From the NCBI GenBank assembly GCA_965261545.1, contig CBDHDF010000010.1:736001-800000 (forward strand): a DNA stretch of 64,000 nucleotides. Reading direction: 5' to 3'. Of the stretch, positions 8,717-19,805 are shown one piece after another. The DNA is from Bdellovibrionales bacterium. Its GTDB lineage: Bacteria; Bdellovibrionota; Bdellovibrionia; Bdellovibrionales; UBA1609. The notes below the pieces were generated by a model that saw only the letters and a list, made by a program, of their open reading frames with translations, did no database searches and was not told the DNA's origin. Position numbers and translations under genes: made by a program. Each line of letters opens with the position of its first letter. Position 1 is the stretch's first letter.

Positions 8717-11593
8717 TTAGAGTTGCCCTCTTATTCTTGCGCGTATTTCAGAGGCATCGGGGGCATTGGGAGCTAAGATAAGATATTTCTCATAGGCTTG
8801 GAGGGCGTCCCTATTTCCTTCCAATTCATATATAGCACCCAATTCACGGTAAATAAGGGGATTTCCAGACTCGATTCTCTTGGCTTGATCGAGCATGGAT
8901 TTTGCCACATCTGTATTCCCCGACTTTCGATAACATCGAGCCAGCTTAATATAGGTTTCTGAGCTTTGGGGGCTTATTTGAATGGCCTTTTGGTATTCTC
9001 GTCCGCAGAGAGTGTACTTTTCCATGCTTGTGTAAGCCTCGGCAGAAAGAAGGTAGGGTGCGGACCCAGAGTTGACTTTTCTCTCCTCCTCAGCCTGTCT
9101 CAAAGCTTCTTTGGAATTGTTTTGTTGAAGTGCAATTTGCCCCAGGTAGTAATGGGCCAACGGAAATCTATTGTTAACCTTTACAGTTCTTAAAAACTGA
9201 ATTCTTGCTTCTTTGAGTTTGGCACTATGGAAGTAAATAAGACCTGTTTGAAAAATAGCCTCTGGATCTGAGGGGTCTAAAATGGCAGCTTTTAAAAAGG
9301 CACCCAAAGCTTGGTTAAATTTTCCTTGAGACTTAAGGGCGCGCCCCAAACCCAAGAAAGCCTCCTTGGACCTTTCTTGAATTTGTGAAACCTGTCGATA
9401 CACGCCCTCGGCTTGAGAATATCGCTCATCCTCTAACATGACATCTCCTAGGGCTAGCCGGTACCCAAGCGTCAGGGGGAGGCTGGCAATAAGTTCCGAA
9501 AAATAGGCGATGGCTGCGTCCACACCCTGCACTCCCACCAAAGATTTTCCGTAGGCAATCTGAGCCGCCTTGTTGGCTCCATTGATTTCAAGGGCTTTGG
9601 CTGCTGCTGAGTAGGCAGATTGAAAGGGACTTTCCTTGGGCTTGGCAGATCCTTTTGTTCGTAGGCGTCCCCATTTCATATAGGATCTTGATAAGATAAT
9701 TAATGATTCAACATCGGCTTCGTAGAGGCCCAAGGCTTGTTTGGCAAAGTGAACGGCTCCCTGGTGATTTCCTCTTCGTTGCTCTATAAAAGCGTAGCCC
9801 CGGTAAATTTCATAACTTCTTGGGGCTTTTTTTTGGGCCTTAGATAGGACTTGTATGGCCGCAAGGTAATTGTATCTTTGGCTGTAGTAATCAGCGAGAT
9901 AAATGTAAGCTTCAATCAATTCAGGTTCGGCGAGGATGGCTTTATTGAGCCAATCAATAGCTTCCATGGAAAAACTCAATTTCCACAAACATTTAGCCGC
10001 CCTCATGGCTGCCACTCCATTTTGAGGATGACTCTCATAAGCAGCCTTGTAGTGGGCTTGAGCAGCCTGACAATCCCCCAATCGAAGAAATTGATCTCCC
10101 TGGTATACAAGTTGTTGGTCACTAAGGGGAGAGTCTTGCAGTTTTTCGCTCCCTCCCAGTTGAACAATCATAGACTTGGTAAATTGATTGGATGGGTCCC
10201 ATGCATAGGACTTTTGTGCCGCTTGCAATGCTTGTTTTTTTCGTTCTTCTGATTGAAAGATTTGTGCAAGAGTCAAATAAGCTTGAGCCATAATAAGGCT
10301 GTTGGCTTGGTCATTGATTTTTAGAGCTTCGTTAATAAGAGTCTTTGCCGCCTCTTTGCGTTTGTAAAAGAAATACTCTAGGTGCCCCCAGCGAATGCGT
10401 GCTTCAACATGATTGGGATTGGCTTGGGTGATTTCCTTGAGTCGCTTTATGGCAGCATCATACTGCTTGGAGCGGATAAGTAAATCGGCCTCTAGAGAGT
10501 AAAGCTTGAGCCAAGAGGGCCATAATTTTTGTGCTGAATTTAAGTATTCAAGAGACACCATAAATTTTTCCTCACCAGCTAAGATCAGGGCTCTTAAATA
10601 AAAGAAATATGTAGGAACTTCGCTGGAAGAGCCAAATCTGTTTAAAATATTCTCAATAACCACCTTCGCGGGATTGGTTTTTCTACTTGTAATGAGCTTC
10701 ACCACACGGCATGTGGTTCCCCTGGGTCCTGTGGAATCTATCAAGGTCGCCGCTTGGGTGGCTTGCGAAATGACCTTTAAATTGTGATTGTTTTGATTCA
10801 CATAGGGCCATAGTTCTAAGTAAGTCATGCATAAACCCTGGTAGGCATCTATATTTTTTTTTGCTCCCTCCGCAACCTGAACAAATATATTTTGAGCTTG
10901 AGAGTAACCCCACTGAGTGTCGAGGAGAAAAAAGCTAAAAGCCTTTTTCAGCTTCCCTGCGGCTTCGTCGGGGGTAAGTGTGGTCGGAACTTCTTGCCTT
11001 GGAGCAATGAGTTGTTGTTGAGTGCCCTTTGTTGAAGTTGAGTCTGGGTTTTTGAGTCCGAAGATAATGAGAAGAGCCGCCGCAGTTCCCAGTGTGAGGG
11101 GTAAAAAAAGGCGCGACCCTAGACTTTGGTTTTTTCCCTGGGAGCTTGGCTCTCCCTTCTTTTTGAGATCAATGACAGTGCCACCCGGAACCTCCTTGGA
11201 GTCTGTTCCCTCGGAATTTTGTCTTTTGGGGTCTTGTTCTTTGGAGTCTTTTTTTAGGGGGGAACTCTGAGGGCTCTGAAAGGGCGACTGAGTGAAGGGC
11301 TCAGAGTCTGAAGTGAACTCTTCAGAAAGATGTAGGGGAAATGGTTCAAAGTCCTCCTTGGGAGAGTCGCTATCTTCGGGAAGGGAGTCCACCTGCCTTT
11401 GAGCATTTTCCAGGGCATTTAATATTTCATCGTAGAGTTGAGGTTCTTTGGCCATGGAACGCCACTGGCCACTGGGGTATTCGGAAAGCATCTCTTCGCC
11501 CGAAAACTCTTCATGGCGAATTCCATGGAGAAGCTCTTGGGTAGATAGGGGACCTAAGATTTTCCCATCGAGTCGACGAACCAACCAAACCAT
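8717..11593 (-). CDS. Membrane-anchored TPR protein with N-terminal GYF_2-like domain
   Basis: N-terminal W-x-V...GPLS...W pattern, disordered linker, one TM helix, many TPR-like repeats. Confidence 0.8.
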   Translation of the reverse strand: MVWLVRRLDGKILGPLSTQELLHGIRHEEFSGEEMLSEYPSGQWRSMAKEPQLYDEILNALENAQRQVDSLPEDSDSPKEDFEPFPLHLSEEFTSDSEPFTQSPFQSPQSSPLKKDSKEQDPKRQNSEGTDSKEVPGGTVIDLKKKGEPSSQGKNQSLGSRLFLPLTLGTAAALLIIFGLKNPDSTSTKGTQQQLIAPRQEVPTTLTPDEAAGKLKKAFSFFLLDTQWGYSQAQNIFVQVAEGAKKNIDAYQGLCMTYLELWPYVNQNNHNLKVISQATQAATLIDSTGPRGTTCRVVKLITSRKTNPAKVVIENILNRFGSSSEVPTYFFYLRALILAGEEKFMVSLEYLNSAQKLWPSWLKLYSLEADLLIRSKQYDAAIKRLKEITQANPNHVEARIRWGHLEYFFYKRKEAAKTLINEALKINDQANSLIMAQAYLTLAQIFQSEERKKQALQAAQKSYAWDPSNQFTKSMIVQLGGSEKLQDSPLSDQQLVYQGDQFLRLGDCQAAQAHYKAAYESHPQNGVAAMRAAKCLWKLSFSMEAIDWLNKAILAEPELIEAYIYLADYYSQRYNYLAAIQVLSKAQKKAPRSYEIYRGYAFIEQRRGNHQGAVHFAKQALGLYEADVESLIILSRSYMKWGRLRTKGSAKPKESPFQSAYSAAAKALEINGANKAAQIAYGKSLVGVQGVDAAIAYFSELIASLPLTLGYRLALGDVMLEDERYSQAEGVYRQVSQIQERSKEAFLGLGRALKSQGKFNQALGAFLKAAILDPSDPEAIFQTGLIYFHSAKLKEARIQFLRTVKVNNRFPLAHYYLGQIALQQNNSKEALRQAEEERKVNSGSAPYLLSAEAYTSMEKYTLCGREYQKAIQISPQSSETYIKLARCYRKSGNTDVAKSMLDQAKRIESGNPLIYRELGAIYELEGNRDALQAYEKYLILAPNAPDASEIRARIRGQL

Positions 11594-11630
11594 TTTTGCA
11601 CTCTTACCTTGTTGTTACTCTTGTTTAGAA

Positions 11631-12440
11631 CTAGAAATAATAAATCAAGCCGGAGCCTCCTGTAAGCTCAGTGGCCATTTCACTCACATTAAACAGAGCG
11701 AGAGCCTCCAAATAAATGGAGAACCCTTGCCATGGGCCATCCAGTTGAACCCATTGAAGTCCTACGCCTGGATAGATCATATTTTCATTGAGTTCCCCTG
11801 TTCTTTTTTCTTTGTCACTTAGAAATTTCTTTGAAACGAAGTTGGGCGTGGTATTCATCCTAGGTTTTGGGTTTCCTGTGGAATACCATCGAGCCAAGCC
11901 TAAAGATAGGTAGGGGAGGAGACTGCTGCTACCCAAAATTTTTTTCACTTGGAAGTGATAGCTTTGATAGCCAGGGCCAAGACCAAAGCCACCTAAAATG
12001 CTCATTTCTGGAGTAAAGTTAATTTCTAGTTGAGCCCCTGCGACCCCTAGAGGGCCAGCCACTCCAAAGCCAATTCCCACTTTTCGTTGGTGTCGGAGGT
12101 CGAGGCCCCGTGTGATATAACCTGAGTAGGATTTATTCACGACTCGTCCTCCATTTTTTACGAAGGGCCTATTCATTTTCACCATAGAAGTGGCTTTTGC
12201 GGGGGAGCCAAGTCCAAGGGTGAAGGTGCTCAAGAAGTTGGGTGTGTCCAAAAAAGTGAGCGTGGTGAAAACGGTGAGTGCCCACAGAACGAACGTCCAT
12301 GGCCGGAGAAGTCGGCAATCTTTCCATGAAAGCAAGCTCAGTGCGTCCTTCCATAGGTACGTAGACCTTATTTTTATATGTGTATTTTTATTTACATTTG
12401 TATTTACACTTATGTTTGTATTTTGGGTTTCTTTTTTCAT
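11631..12440 (-). CDS. Hypothetical protein, probable small outer-membrane beta-barrel
   Basis: Gly-rich amphipathic strands and C-terminal GLIYYF. GGGAGGG RBS. Confidence 0.6.
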   Translation of the reverse strand: MKKETQNTNISVNTNVNKNTHIKIRSTYLWKDALSLLSWKDCRLLRPWTFVLWALTVFTTLTFLDTPNFLSTFTLGLGSPAKATSMVKMNRPFVKNGGRVVNKSYSGYITRGLDLRHQRKVGIGFGVAGPLGVAGAQLEINFTPEMSILGGFGLGPGYQSYHFQVKKILGSSSLLPYLSLGLARWYSTGNPKPRMNTTPNFVSKKFLSDKEKRTGELNENMIYPGVGLQWVQLDGPWQGFSIYLEALALFNVSEMATELTGGSGLIYYF

Positions 12441-12713
12441 AATTCCCTCCCCATGTTCCCTATGACTTCCTTTTTAGGACCTATGCTTTCCTGGACCTTG
12501 ATGATTGTTTTGTTGTTTTTCTTTTTTACTTGTCTTAGCTTTCAAAAACTTTCAACTTCAAAGACTGCCAAGTTTTTGATAGTATGACAATAGTATGACA
12601 TTTTAAAGGTATGTGGTAAAGATATCTGGAATGAAAACCGCCTGAGCAATATGATAGAAATAGATAGGCAGGCAGGTAGATAGATACTATGATAATGATA
12701 TGAAAGGAATCTT

Positions 12714-13658
12714 ATGAAGCATTGTAGAAAAAAAATCACCGTGGTGGGAGGGGGCTTTGTCGGCTCCACATGTGCCCATTGGGCGGCATCAAAGGAGTTG
12801 GGAGATGTGGTTTTGGTGGATATCAATGAGGGAGTCGCCCAAGGCAAAGCCCTCGATCTTTTCGAAGCTTCTCCTGTTGAGGGTTTTGATGCTCAGGTGA
12901 GGGGAACGAGCGACTACGGAGAAACGGCTGGCTCCGATGTGGTCATTATCACAGCGGGATTGCCTCGAAAACCTGGCATGAGCCGTGATGACCTCCTTTC
13001 CTCTAATGCCAAAATTATGAAAACCGTTTGTGAGAATATCAAAAAGCATGCTCCCCAATCGGTTGTTATTGTGGTGAGCAATCCTCTCGATGCTATGTGC
13101 TATATTGCCAAGCGCACCTTAGGTTTTCCAAAAGAGCGTGTCATTGGTATGGCTGGCATTCTTGACGGCGCTCGTTTTCGATCCTTTGTTGCAGAGGCCA
13201 CAGGAGTGAGCGTCAAAGATATTCACGCCTTTGTGTTAGGTGGCCATGGTGATACCATGGTTCCCATGCCCAGGCATTGTTCCATTGGTGGGGTTCCGTT
13301 GACAGAAATGCTTCCTTCCGATCAAATTGATGCCATTGTGGAGCGTACGCGCAAGGGAGGAGCTGAAATTGTAGGGCTACTCAAAACGGGCTCCGCCTAT
13401 TATGCGCCCTCGGCCAGTGCCGTTGAAATGGCCGCAGCTATTCTCAAAGATCAAAATCGCATCCTTCCCTGTGCGGCTTTTTTGCAAGGAGAGTATGGGG
13501 TCAGTGATATATTTTTAGGGGTTCCCTGTCAGCTAGGTGGAAAGGGTCTTGTCAAAGTGATTGAACTGGAACTTAATGAAACGGAAAAAGCAGGTCTCCA
13601 AAATTCCATTCAATCTGTGCAAAATCTTATGAGTGCCCTGCAAACCCTCGGCGTTTAG
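12714..13658 (+). CDS. mdh: Malate dehydrogenase (LDH-like)
   Basis: [27 protein letters not shown] and LGGHGD motifs. Confidence 0.97.
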   Translation: MKHCRKKITVVGGGFVGSTCAHWAASKELGDVVLVDINEGVAQGKALDLFEASPVEGFDAQVRGTSDYGETAGSDVVIITAGLPRKPGMSRDDLLSSNAKIMKTVCENIKKHAPQSVVIVVSNPLDAMCYIAKRTLGFPKERVIGMAGILDGARFRSFVAEATGVSVKDIHAFVLGGHGDTMVPMPRHCSIGGVPLTEMLPSDQIDAIVERTRKGGAEIVGLLKTGSAYYAPSASAVEMAAAILKDQNRILPCAAFLQGEYGVSDIFLGVPCQLGGKGLVKVIELELNETEKAGLQNSIQSVQNLMSALQTLGV

Positions 13659-13803
13659 AACAATCATTCAGTGTTGAATCACTCAGGGATGAGTCACTAA
13701 AGTTGAGATACATAAAATACTAAGATATCAATAAGTAGTAAGCAATAAAATATCAATAAACAGTTAAGATATTAAGTATTTCGGAGTCCAGGAGTTAAAA
13801 ACA

Positions 13804-14973
13804 ATGAATATCCATGAATATCAAGCCAAAGAAATTCTTCAGCATTTTGACCTTCCCACCCTAAAAGGTCGAGTGGCCTATACTGTCGATGATGCTGTTA
13901 AAGCAGCCCAGGAGCTGGAGGGTGATGTATGGGTGGTTAAGGCCCAAGTTCATGCCGGGGGCCGAGGAAAAGCGGGCGGAGTCAAAGTAGCTCATTCCCT
14001 GAAAGAAGTGCAAGAACATGCCAAAGCCATTCTGGGCATGAAGCTTGTGACTCACCAAACGGGCTCTGAGGGCAAGGTGGTTCACAAGGTCTTCATTGAA
14101 TCTGGTTGCCGCATCACCAAGGAGTATTATCTGGCGGCCCTCGTCCATCGAGGGACCCAACAAGTGTCTCTTATTGCCAGTTCCCAAGGGGGCATGGATA
14201 TAGAGGAGGTGGCGAACAAAAATCCTGAACTCATTCACCAGGTGATTGTGGATTCTGCCGTGGGGCTAACGGGGTTTCAAGCAAGGCAGCTTGCCTTTGC
14301 CGTGGGTTTTGAGGGCAAAGCTGTTCAGAAAGCCGTCAAGTGCTTCTTGAGTTTGTACAAAGCTTTTGTAGAAACGGATAGCTCCATGGCCGAAATCAAT
14401 CCCCTTGTTGAAACTGAAGAGGGAGAGGTCCTCGCTTTGGATGCCAAAATGAACTTCGATCCAAATGCTCTTTATAGGCACCCTGAAATCATAGAGTATC
14501 GGGATATCACAGAGGAGGACCCCGCAGAGGTTGAGGCCAGTCAGCATGGATTGGCTTTTATTAAGTTGGATGGAGAGATTGGTTGCCTTGTCAATGGGGC
14601 GGGACTTGCCATGGCTACCATGGATATCATTCAAATGCATGGGGGCAGCCCGGCCAACTTTCTCGATGTGGGTGGAGGAGCCAATAAAGAAAAAGTGACC
14701 GAAGCTTTTAAATTGATTTTAAAAGACACCAATGTGAAAGGCATTCTCATCAATATCTTCGGTGGTATCATGAGATGTGATGTGATCGCCGAAGGGGTGA
14801 TTGCCGCCACCAAGGAGCTTGATTTAAAAGCTCCCTTAGTTGTTCGGCTTGCGGGGACCAATGTGGAGCTTGGCAAGAAGAAACTTAGCGAAAGTGGCTT
14901 GAGTATTATTGCCGCAGATGGCTTGAACGATGCCGCTCAAAAAATCGTCTCAGCGGTGAAGGAAGGAGTTTGA
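13804..14973 (+). CDS. sucC: Succinyl-CoA synthetase beta subunit
   Basis: [34 protein letters not shown]. Confidence 0.98.
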   Translation: MNIHEYQAKEILQHFDLPTLKGRVAYTVDDAVKAAQELEGDVWVVKAQVHAGGRGKAGGVKVAHSLKEVQEHAKAILGMKLVTHQTGSEGKVVHKVFIESGCRITKEYYLAALVHRGTQQVSLIASSQGGMDIEEVANKNPELIHQVIVDSAVGLTGFQARQLAFAVGFEGKAVQKAVKCFLSLYKAFVETDSSMAEINPLVETEEGEVLALDAKMNFDPNALYRHPEIIEYRDITEEDPAEVEASQHGLAFIKLDGEIGCLVNGAGLAMATMDIIQMHGGSPANFLDVGGGANKEKVTEAFKLILKDTNVKGILINIFGGIMRCDVIAEGVIAATKELDLKAPLVVRLAGTNVELGKKKLSESGLSIIAADGLNDAAQKIVSAVKEGV

Positions 14974-14974
14974 A

Positions 14975-15844
14975 ATGGCCATCCTTGTGAATAAAAATAC
15001 AAAGGTTTTATGCCAGGGTTTTACGGGGATCAACGGAACTTTTCATTCAGAACAGGCCATGGCCTATGGCACCCAAATGGTGGGTGGGGTGACCCCTGGA
15101 AAAGGGGGAGCCGAGCACTTGGGGTTACCCGTTTTCAATACGGTGGAAGAAGCCGTGGAGAGAACAGGGGCTCAAGCCTCTGTGATTTATGTGCCTCCCC
15201 CCTTTGCTGCGGATGCTATTATGGAAGCTGTGGATGCTGAGCTTGAACTTGTGGTTTGCATCACGGAGGGAATCCCCGTGATGGACATGGTCCATGTGTC
15301 TCGCTTTATGAAAGGGAAAAAAACAAGGCTCATTGGCCCCAATTGCCCCGGTGTCATCACACCAGGCGAGTGCAAGGTGGGCATTATGCCTGGGGCAATT
15401 CACAAGCCGGGTCCTATTGGTGTTTTGTCGAGATCGGGCACTCTCACTTATGAAGCTGTGGGGCAACTTTCGGCTATTGGCCTTGGGCAGAGCACCTGCG
15501 TGGGCATTGGTGGGGACCCCATTCACGGAACCAACTTTATTGATGTTTTAGAGATGTTCAATGCCGATGAGAACACAGAGGCCGTCATCATGTTGGGAGA
15601 AATTGGTGGCACGGGTGAAGAGGAAGCCGCCGAATATATTAAGCGTGAATTTAAGAAACCTGTGACGAGCTTTATCGCAGGAGCCACAGCTCCTCCCGGA
15701 AAGCGTATGGGTCATGCGGGAGCTATTATTAGTGGTGGCAAGGGCACGGCTGAAGCTAAATTCGAAGCTCTCGAATCTGCCGGCTGCCACATTGCTCGAA
15801 GTCCCGGAAACCTCGGCACAACTCTTCAGGCCAGCCTGTCTTAG
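14975..15844 (+). CDS. sucD: Succinyl-CoA synthetase alpha subunit
   Basis: [28 protein letters not shown]. Confidence 0.98.
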   Translation: MAILVNKNTKVLCQGFTGINGTFHSEQAMAYGTQMVGGVTPGKGGAEHLGLPVFNTVEEAVERTGAQASVIYVPPPFAADAIMEAVDAELELVVCITEGIPVMDMVHVSRFMKGKKTRLIGPNCPGVITPGECKVGIMPGAIHKPGPIGVLSRSGTLTYEAVGQLSAIGLGQSTCVGIGGDPIHGTNFIDVLEMFNADENTEAVIMLGEIGGTGEEEAAEYIKREFKKPVTSFIAGATAPPGKRMGHAGAIISGGKGTAEAKFEALESAGCHIARSPGNLGTTLQASLS

Positions 15845-16006
15845 AAGTTACGGCGTCCTTACAAGGCGGAAACCGACATTGAGCCAGCGATAACAGGTCG
15901 AGCGTCGAACGTAGCCACGATCGGAAGAACGCAGGTAACGAGCCCTGCTGAACCAATTGCCGCCACGAACCTTGATGGCCAGCCTTGTTTGCCAGAGCCA
16001 GAGTTC

Positions 16007-16696
16007 TTAGTGTTCCCAAGCAAAAGACAAGGTTTTTTTAGATAAGGACCGCAATCTTTCTTGGTCAAATCTTAGCTCCTGTGTGGCCCCTGTGGACATC
16101 TCTAAGTTAAACAAACGAATGGACACCAAAGACCATTCTTGGGGCCAGCTATCGCTTATATTTCGCATTTTTAGAAGGGTTTCTGGGGCTCCTGAAAAGC
16201 CTTCTTCACCCTCCCATGGGAGAGTTAAATCCACGGGGTTTTGGCGAACCAGCTCTTCTAGGGGAAGCCAGATAGGCCCTATACTTTGGGTCTCGTGATC
16301 GAAGTAACATTGTGCTTCGATGGTCATGGAGCAGGGCTTTCCATGAACGCGCATATCATCAGAATGAAAAACAATTTTCACTTTCTCGTAGAGATCACAA
16401 ACTCTTTCGAGTTCTCCTCCTGGTCCTCGCACTGTGAAGTGACCCAGACGGAGACCAACTCCCTTACTTGATTTTTCTATGAAGGCTTTTTCAATAAGCC
16501 GTTTCTTAGAAATCATCTTCAAAGAGGTCTTCTGAAGAGTAGAAACATCAAATAAATTTATAGAAGCCGGAGAACGAAATTCTCCAGACCTTTCTTTGAG
16601 AGAGTAAATAGCTCCCTCCCATGAGTCAGTGATGAAATGAAAGCCCAATATCAATGGAGCAGCAAGAGCAAAGAGCCAGGTAATTTTCTTTTTCAA
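16007..16696 (-). CDS. Hypothetical exported/membrane-anchored protein
   Basis: 229-aa ORF directly after fliA, with GAGG RBS and a basic plus hydrophobic N-terminus. Confidence 0.7.
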   Translation of the reverse strand: MKKKITWLFALAAPLILGFHFITDSWEGAIYSLKERSGEFRSPASINLFDVSTLQKTSLKMISKKRLIEKAFIEKSSKGVGLRLGHFTVRGPGGELERVCDLYEKVKIVFHSDDMRVHGKPCSMTIEAQCYFDHETQSIGPIWLPLEELVRQNPVDLTLPWEGEEGFSGAPETLLKMRNISDSWPQEWSLVSIRLFNLEMSTGATQELRFDQERLRSLSKKTLSFAWEH

Positions 16697-16711
16697 AATA
16701 AACCTCGCAGG

Positions 16712-17518
16712 CTAAGCTGCTCCCTTTTCATCAAAGTAACAGGTGAGCTTAGCTCTTAAGCGAACAATGGCTTGGGCATGAAGCTGAGAAACACGACTTT
16801 CTGTCACCCTTAGAATACATCCAATTTCTTTAAGGTTAAGATCTTCGTAATAATAAAGGGAGAGTACAATCCTTTGTCTCTCTGGAAGTTCTTCAATCGA
16901 GGTTGTTACGATTTCTTTAACAGATTTAAGGTTGAGTTGATTGAGAGGATTGCTAAGTTTACATCCCTCAAGGAGGTTTAAAATAGATTTTTTATCGACA
17001 TTGCTAAATGTTGTCGAATCATCTATAGATAAAACACTCACGGGACGAACCTGGTTCACAAGGCCAAAAAAACCTTCAATGGTCATGCCTAAGCGATCGG
17101 CAACTTCACGGTCTGTGGGTGTACGCCCTTTCTCAGCTTCCATTTTCACCAAAGTTCGGTCAAGCATTTTTGACTTATCTCTAATGGATCTTGGAACCCA
17201 ATCTTGAGCACGCAACTCATCGAGTATAGATCCTCGTATCCTAAACTCCGCATAGGTTTTAAATTTATTATCTCGAGTTGGATCGTATTTTTCAATCGCG
17301 TCCATAAGTCCAATCACACCACTCGATATAAGATCATCAAGTTCTATATTGGATGGCAATCTCACTGCAATTTTCTGAGCAATAAATTTAATAAGTGGAG
17401 CATACTCCATAATGAGCTTATCTTTTTGCTCAGAGCTAAGGCCGCCAGGTTCCTCTTTATATTGCTTGAGTAAACTGCCACCTGTACTATTAGAAACATC
17501 AGACATATAATTCCCCAT
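16712..17518 (-). CDS. fliA: RNA polymerase sigma-28 factor
   Basis: FKTYAEFRIRGSILDELRAQDW, LSLYYYEDLNLKEIG and TESRVSQLH motifs. Confidence 0.96.
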   Translation of the reverse strand: MGNYMSDVSNSTGGSLLKQYKEEPGGLSSEQKDKLIMEYAPLIKFIAQKIAVRLPSNIELDDLISSGVIGLMDAIEKYDPTRDNKFKTYAEFRIRGSILDELRAQDWVPRSIRDKSKMLDRTLVKMEAEKGRTPTDREVADRLGMTIEGFFGLVNQVRPVSVLSIDDSTTFSNVDKKSILNLLEGCKLSNPLNQLNLKSVKEIVTTSIEELPERQRIVLSLYYYEDLNLKEIGCILRVTESRVSQLHAQAIVRLRAKLTCYFDEKGAA

Positions 17519-17568
17519 CCATACCTATAATTCTATCAAAATGAGAACACTTAAAAAAGTCCTATTCT

Positions 17569-18432
17569 CTACTCATTACACTTAACAAGGTAGTTCCAGA
17601 AAAACTGAAGTCCTCCCTTGGGCGTGTCCATCATATTAAAACAACTCACTTTTTCTGAAAGTCGATCCAAGCCAAGACTTGAAGGGGCCCCTGGATTTAA
17701 GTTAGAAATTAATTGTTGCGATTTTGTTGCCATTCGGAGACTCTGGTCATTGGGAACATACCCCAAGTAACGAAGGCTCACACATAAGAATTTTGATGCT
17801 GTATCATAAAGAAGTTGATAAACTCGCTTAGACTCCAATTCATCTCTCACATCATTGCAAATAATACAAAATCGATTCTCTTTTTTTTCTTTAAATAAGA
17901 CTTTTATCAAAGCATAGGCATCTGCGAGGCTCGACGGCTCAGGGGTGACCACGACTATAATTTCTTGAGCAGCAGAGCTAAGATAGAGAACATTTTCGTC
18001 CATACCTGAGGCTGTATCGATGAGCATGATATCAAATGAGCCTTCCAAGTCATTGATTTGGTCCATAAAGCTCTGCTTTTGAAAGTGGTTCGTTTGATAA
18101 AGTGACAATATACCACTTCCTCCAGGAATAAGATGAACATTGTCAGCCACTTTTATAAGGCTTTGGCGTAGGTCTCTTTTTCCATTCATGATATCAACTA
18201 AAATATTGGATGGCCTCATTCCAAACATGATATCCAAATTTCCCATGCCAAAATCTCCGTCGAGGAGAAGAACTCTTTGCCCTCGGCGTCCCATAAATAG
18301 AGCCAAATTAGCAACAAGGCTTGATTTTCCAACGCCCCCCTTGCCCGATGTGACAGCCACGGTTCGCGTGGGCCTCATGTTCAGAGGTCGATGATGGCTA
18401 TAGGTGTTATTTCTAGGATGAGTTAAACCCAC
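17569..18432 (-). CDS. flhG: Flagellar number regulator, MinD-like ATPase FlhG/FleN
   Basis: SGKGGVGKS, DGDFGMGNLD, TPEPSSLADAYALIK. Lies between flhF and fliA. Confidence 0.92.
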   Translation of the reverse strand: MGLTHPRNNTYSHHRPLNMRPTRTVAVTSGKGGVGKSSLVANLALFMGRRGQRVLLLDGDFGMGNLDIMFGMRPSNILVDIMNGKRDLRQSLIKVADNVHLIPGGSGILSLYQTNHFQKQSFMDQINDLEGSFDIMLIDTASGMDENVLYLSSAAQEIIVVVTPEPSSLADAYALIKVLFKEKKENRFCIICNDVRDELESKRVYQLLYDTASKFLCVSLRYLGYVPNDQSLRMATKSQQLISNLNPGAPSSLGLDRLSEKVSCFNMMDTPKGGLQFFWNYLVKCNE

Positions 18433-19340
18433 TGCGCCTCTCTAGTGCCTCTCTCTTGATTTTTGATTTCTTCTTTATTTTTTTCTTCAGGTCTGAGAAT
18501 CAAGTCAATGATTTTTTTCTTTGTTGCTGGCTCCAAATCTTCAGGAATACCATGACCAATTCCAAAAGAATGGAGAGGAAGTTGATGTTTCCTTTGAATA
18601 TTGACAATCACACCATGTTGGGTCAACTCATCAAGACCTGTCAATATAATATCACTGAGTCCTAAGTGAAAAGACGTTTGAAGACTGTGATCTATTTCAA
18701 GCTCTCTCCACATAACAGATTGTACGTAGTGAACTCTTCTTTCTCTGGGCTTAGGAGGAAGTCTATCAACGAAATAAGAAATCTTTTCTTTACTTTGAAA
18801 TGGTGGAAAATCAACAAGGATATGGTCCAGTTGAGAAAATCTTTGATTTCTATTTATAGTTTCCCAATCCTTGGGTGTTTTCAGATGAGCAAATGCTATG
18901 TTCAAGATTTGAGTATAAGTTTTTAATTGTTCGACCGCCCCTATTTTTGTATGATCGGCTGTTACAATTCCAATGGAGCCTTTGCTTGACTTGATGATTT
19001 CACTGGCACACTTTATAAGTGTAGAAGTTTTTCCATGGCCAGCTCTTCCTACAAAAACATGGTATCGTCCTTCAAATCTTTGTTCCTTACATACAAGCAA
19101 TCCTGACAGATATTTAGCTGCCCATGTTTCTATAAAGTGAGGGTCTCGTAGAGATTCAGAATGTATGGATACTTGAGTCTTTCGAGCTATTTCTTGAATA
19201 ATTTTTTGAATGATTTCTTGAATGATTTCTTCATTGAGCCCCCCAGTCTTAAGCTTGCGATACAAAGGAACTACCTTAGGACATATCCACTCTTTTTCAA
19301 AGGTTGAAAGTGTTGGAATTTCAAATTTTTTTATCTGCAC
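18423..19340 (-). CDS. flhF: SRP-type GTPase FlhF, short and divergent
   Basis: N-terminal MQIKKFE, GRAGHGKTST, IGAVEQLKTY, GHGIPEDL. Directly upstream of flhG. Confidence 0.85.
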   Translation of the reverse strand: MQIKKFEIPTLSTFEKEWICPKVVPLYRKLKTGGLNEEIIQEIIQKIIQEIARKTQVSIHSESLRDPHFIETWAAKYLSGLLVCKEQRFEGRYHVFVGRAGHGKTSTLIKCASEIIKSSKGSIGIVTADHTKIGAVEQLKTYTQILNIAFAHLKTPKDWETINRNQRFSQLDHILVDFPPFQSKEKISYFVDRLPPKPRERRVHYVQSVMWRELEIDHSLQTSFHLGLSDIILTGLDELTQHGVIVNIQRKHQLPLHSFGIGHGIPEDLEPATKKKIIDLILRPEEKNKEEIKNQERGTREAQWV

Positions 19341-19804
19341 TTTTTATCCCCCCTCTTATCATCCCTCTTATCCTCTCTAAGAGAGGAAGAGACAATTTCT
19401 GTCAATCGAACACCAAATTTCTCACCCACCACCACGGCTTCTCCTTTGGCCACATGTTTATCATTGACGAAAACATCCATGGGATCTCCAGCCATTTTGT
19501 TGAGTTCAATGACACTTCCTTTGTCTAAGTTTAATAAATCATGAACCACCATCTTAGTGCGCCCCATTTCCACTCGTACCTTCAATGAAATATCAAGAAT
19601 GAGGTCTAGATTGTCTCGATCTTCCCGATTTTCTAAATTTTCTCGACTTTCTCCACCACGCTCTGAATCTGAAAGGGGCATTATATCGACTTCTGTGTTG
19701 ACCACTGAAAGGCTTGGCTCTAAGTTTTCAAAGGTTGGAGTGTTTTCGTCACTTTGTTTGTTTTCTAGACATAAGTTTTTTATCTGTTCCTCTGTCATGA
19801 GCAC
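19331..19804 (-). CDS. fliN: Flagellar motor switch protein FliN
   Basis: LDLILDISLKVRVEMGRT...GSVIELNKMAGDPMDVFVN...KFGVRLTEI. Confidence 0.93.
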   Translation of the reverse strand: MLMTEEQIKNLCLENKQSDENTPTFENLEPSLSVVNTEVDIMPLSDSERGGESRENLENREDRDNLDLILDISLKVRVEMGRTKMVVHDLLNLDKGSVIELNKMAGDPMDVFVNDKHVAKGEAVVVGEKFGVRLTEIVSSSLREDKRDDKRGDKKCR

Positions 19805-19805
19805 C

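Noticed and set aside
15845..16006. 6S or SRP RNA
   Set aside because: Only partial resemblance; the CAGG/AGCAG SRP loop and 6S motifs are not properly matched.
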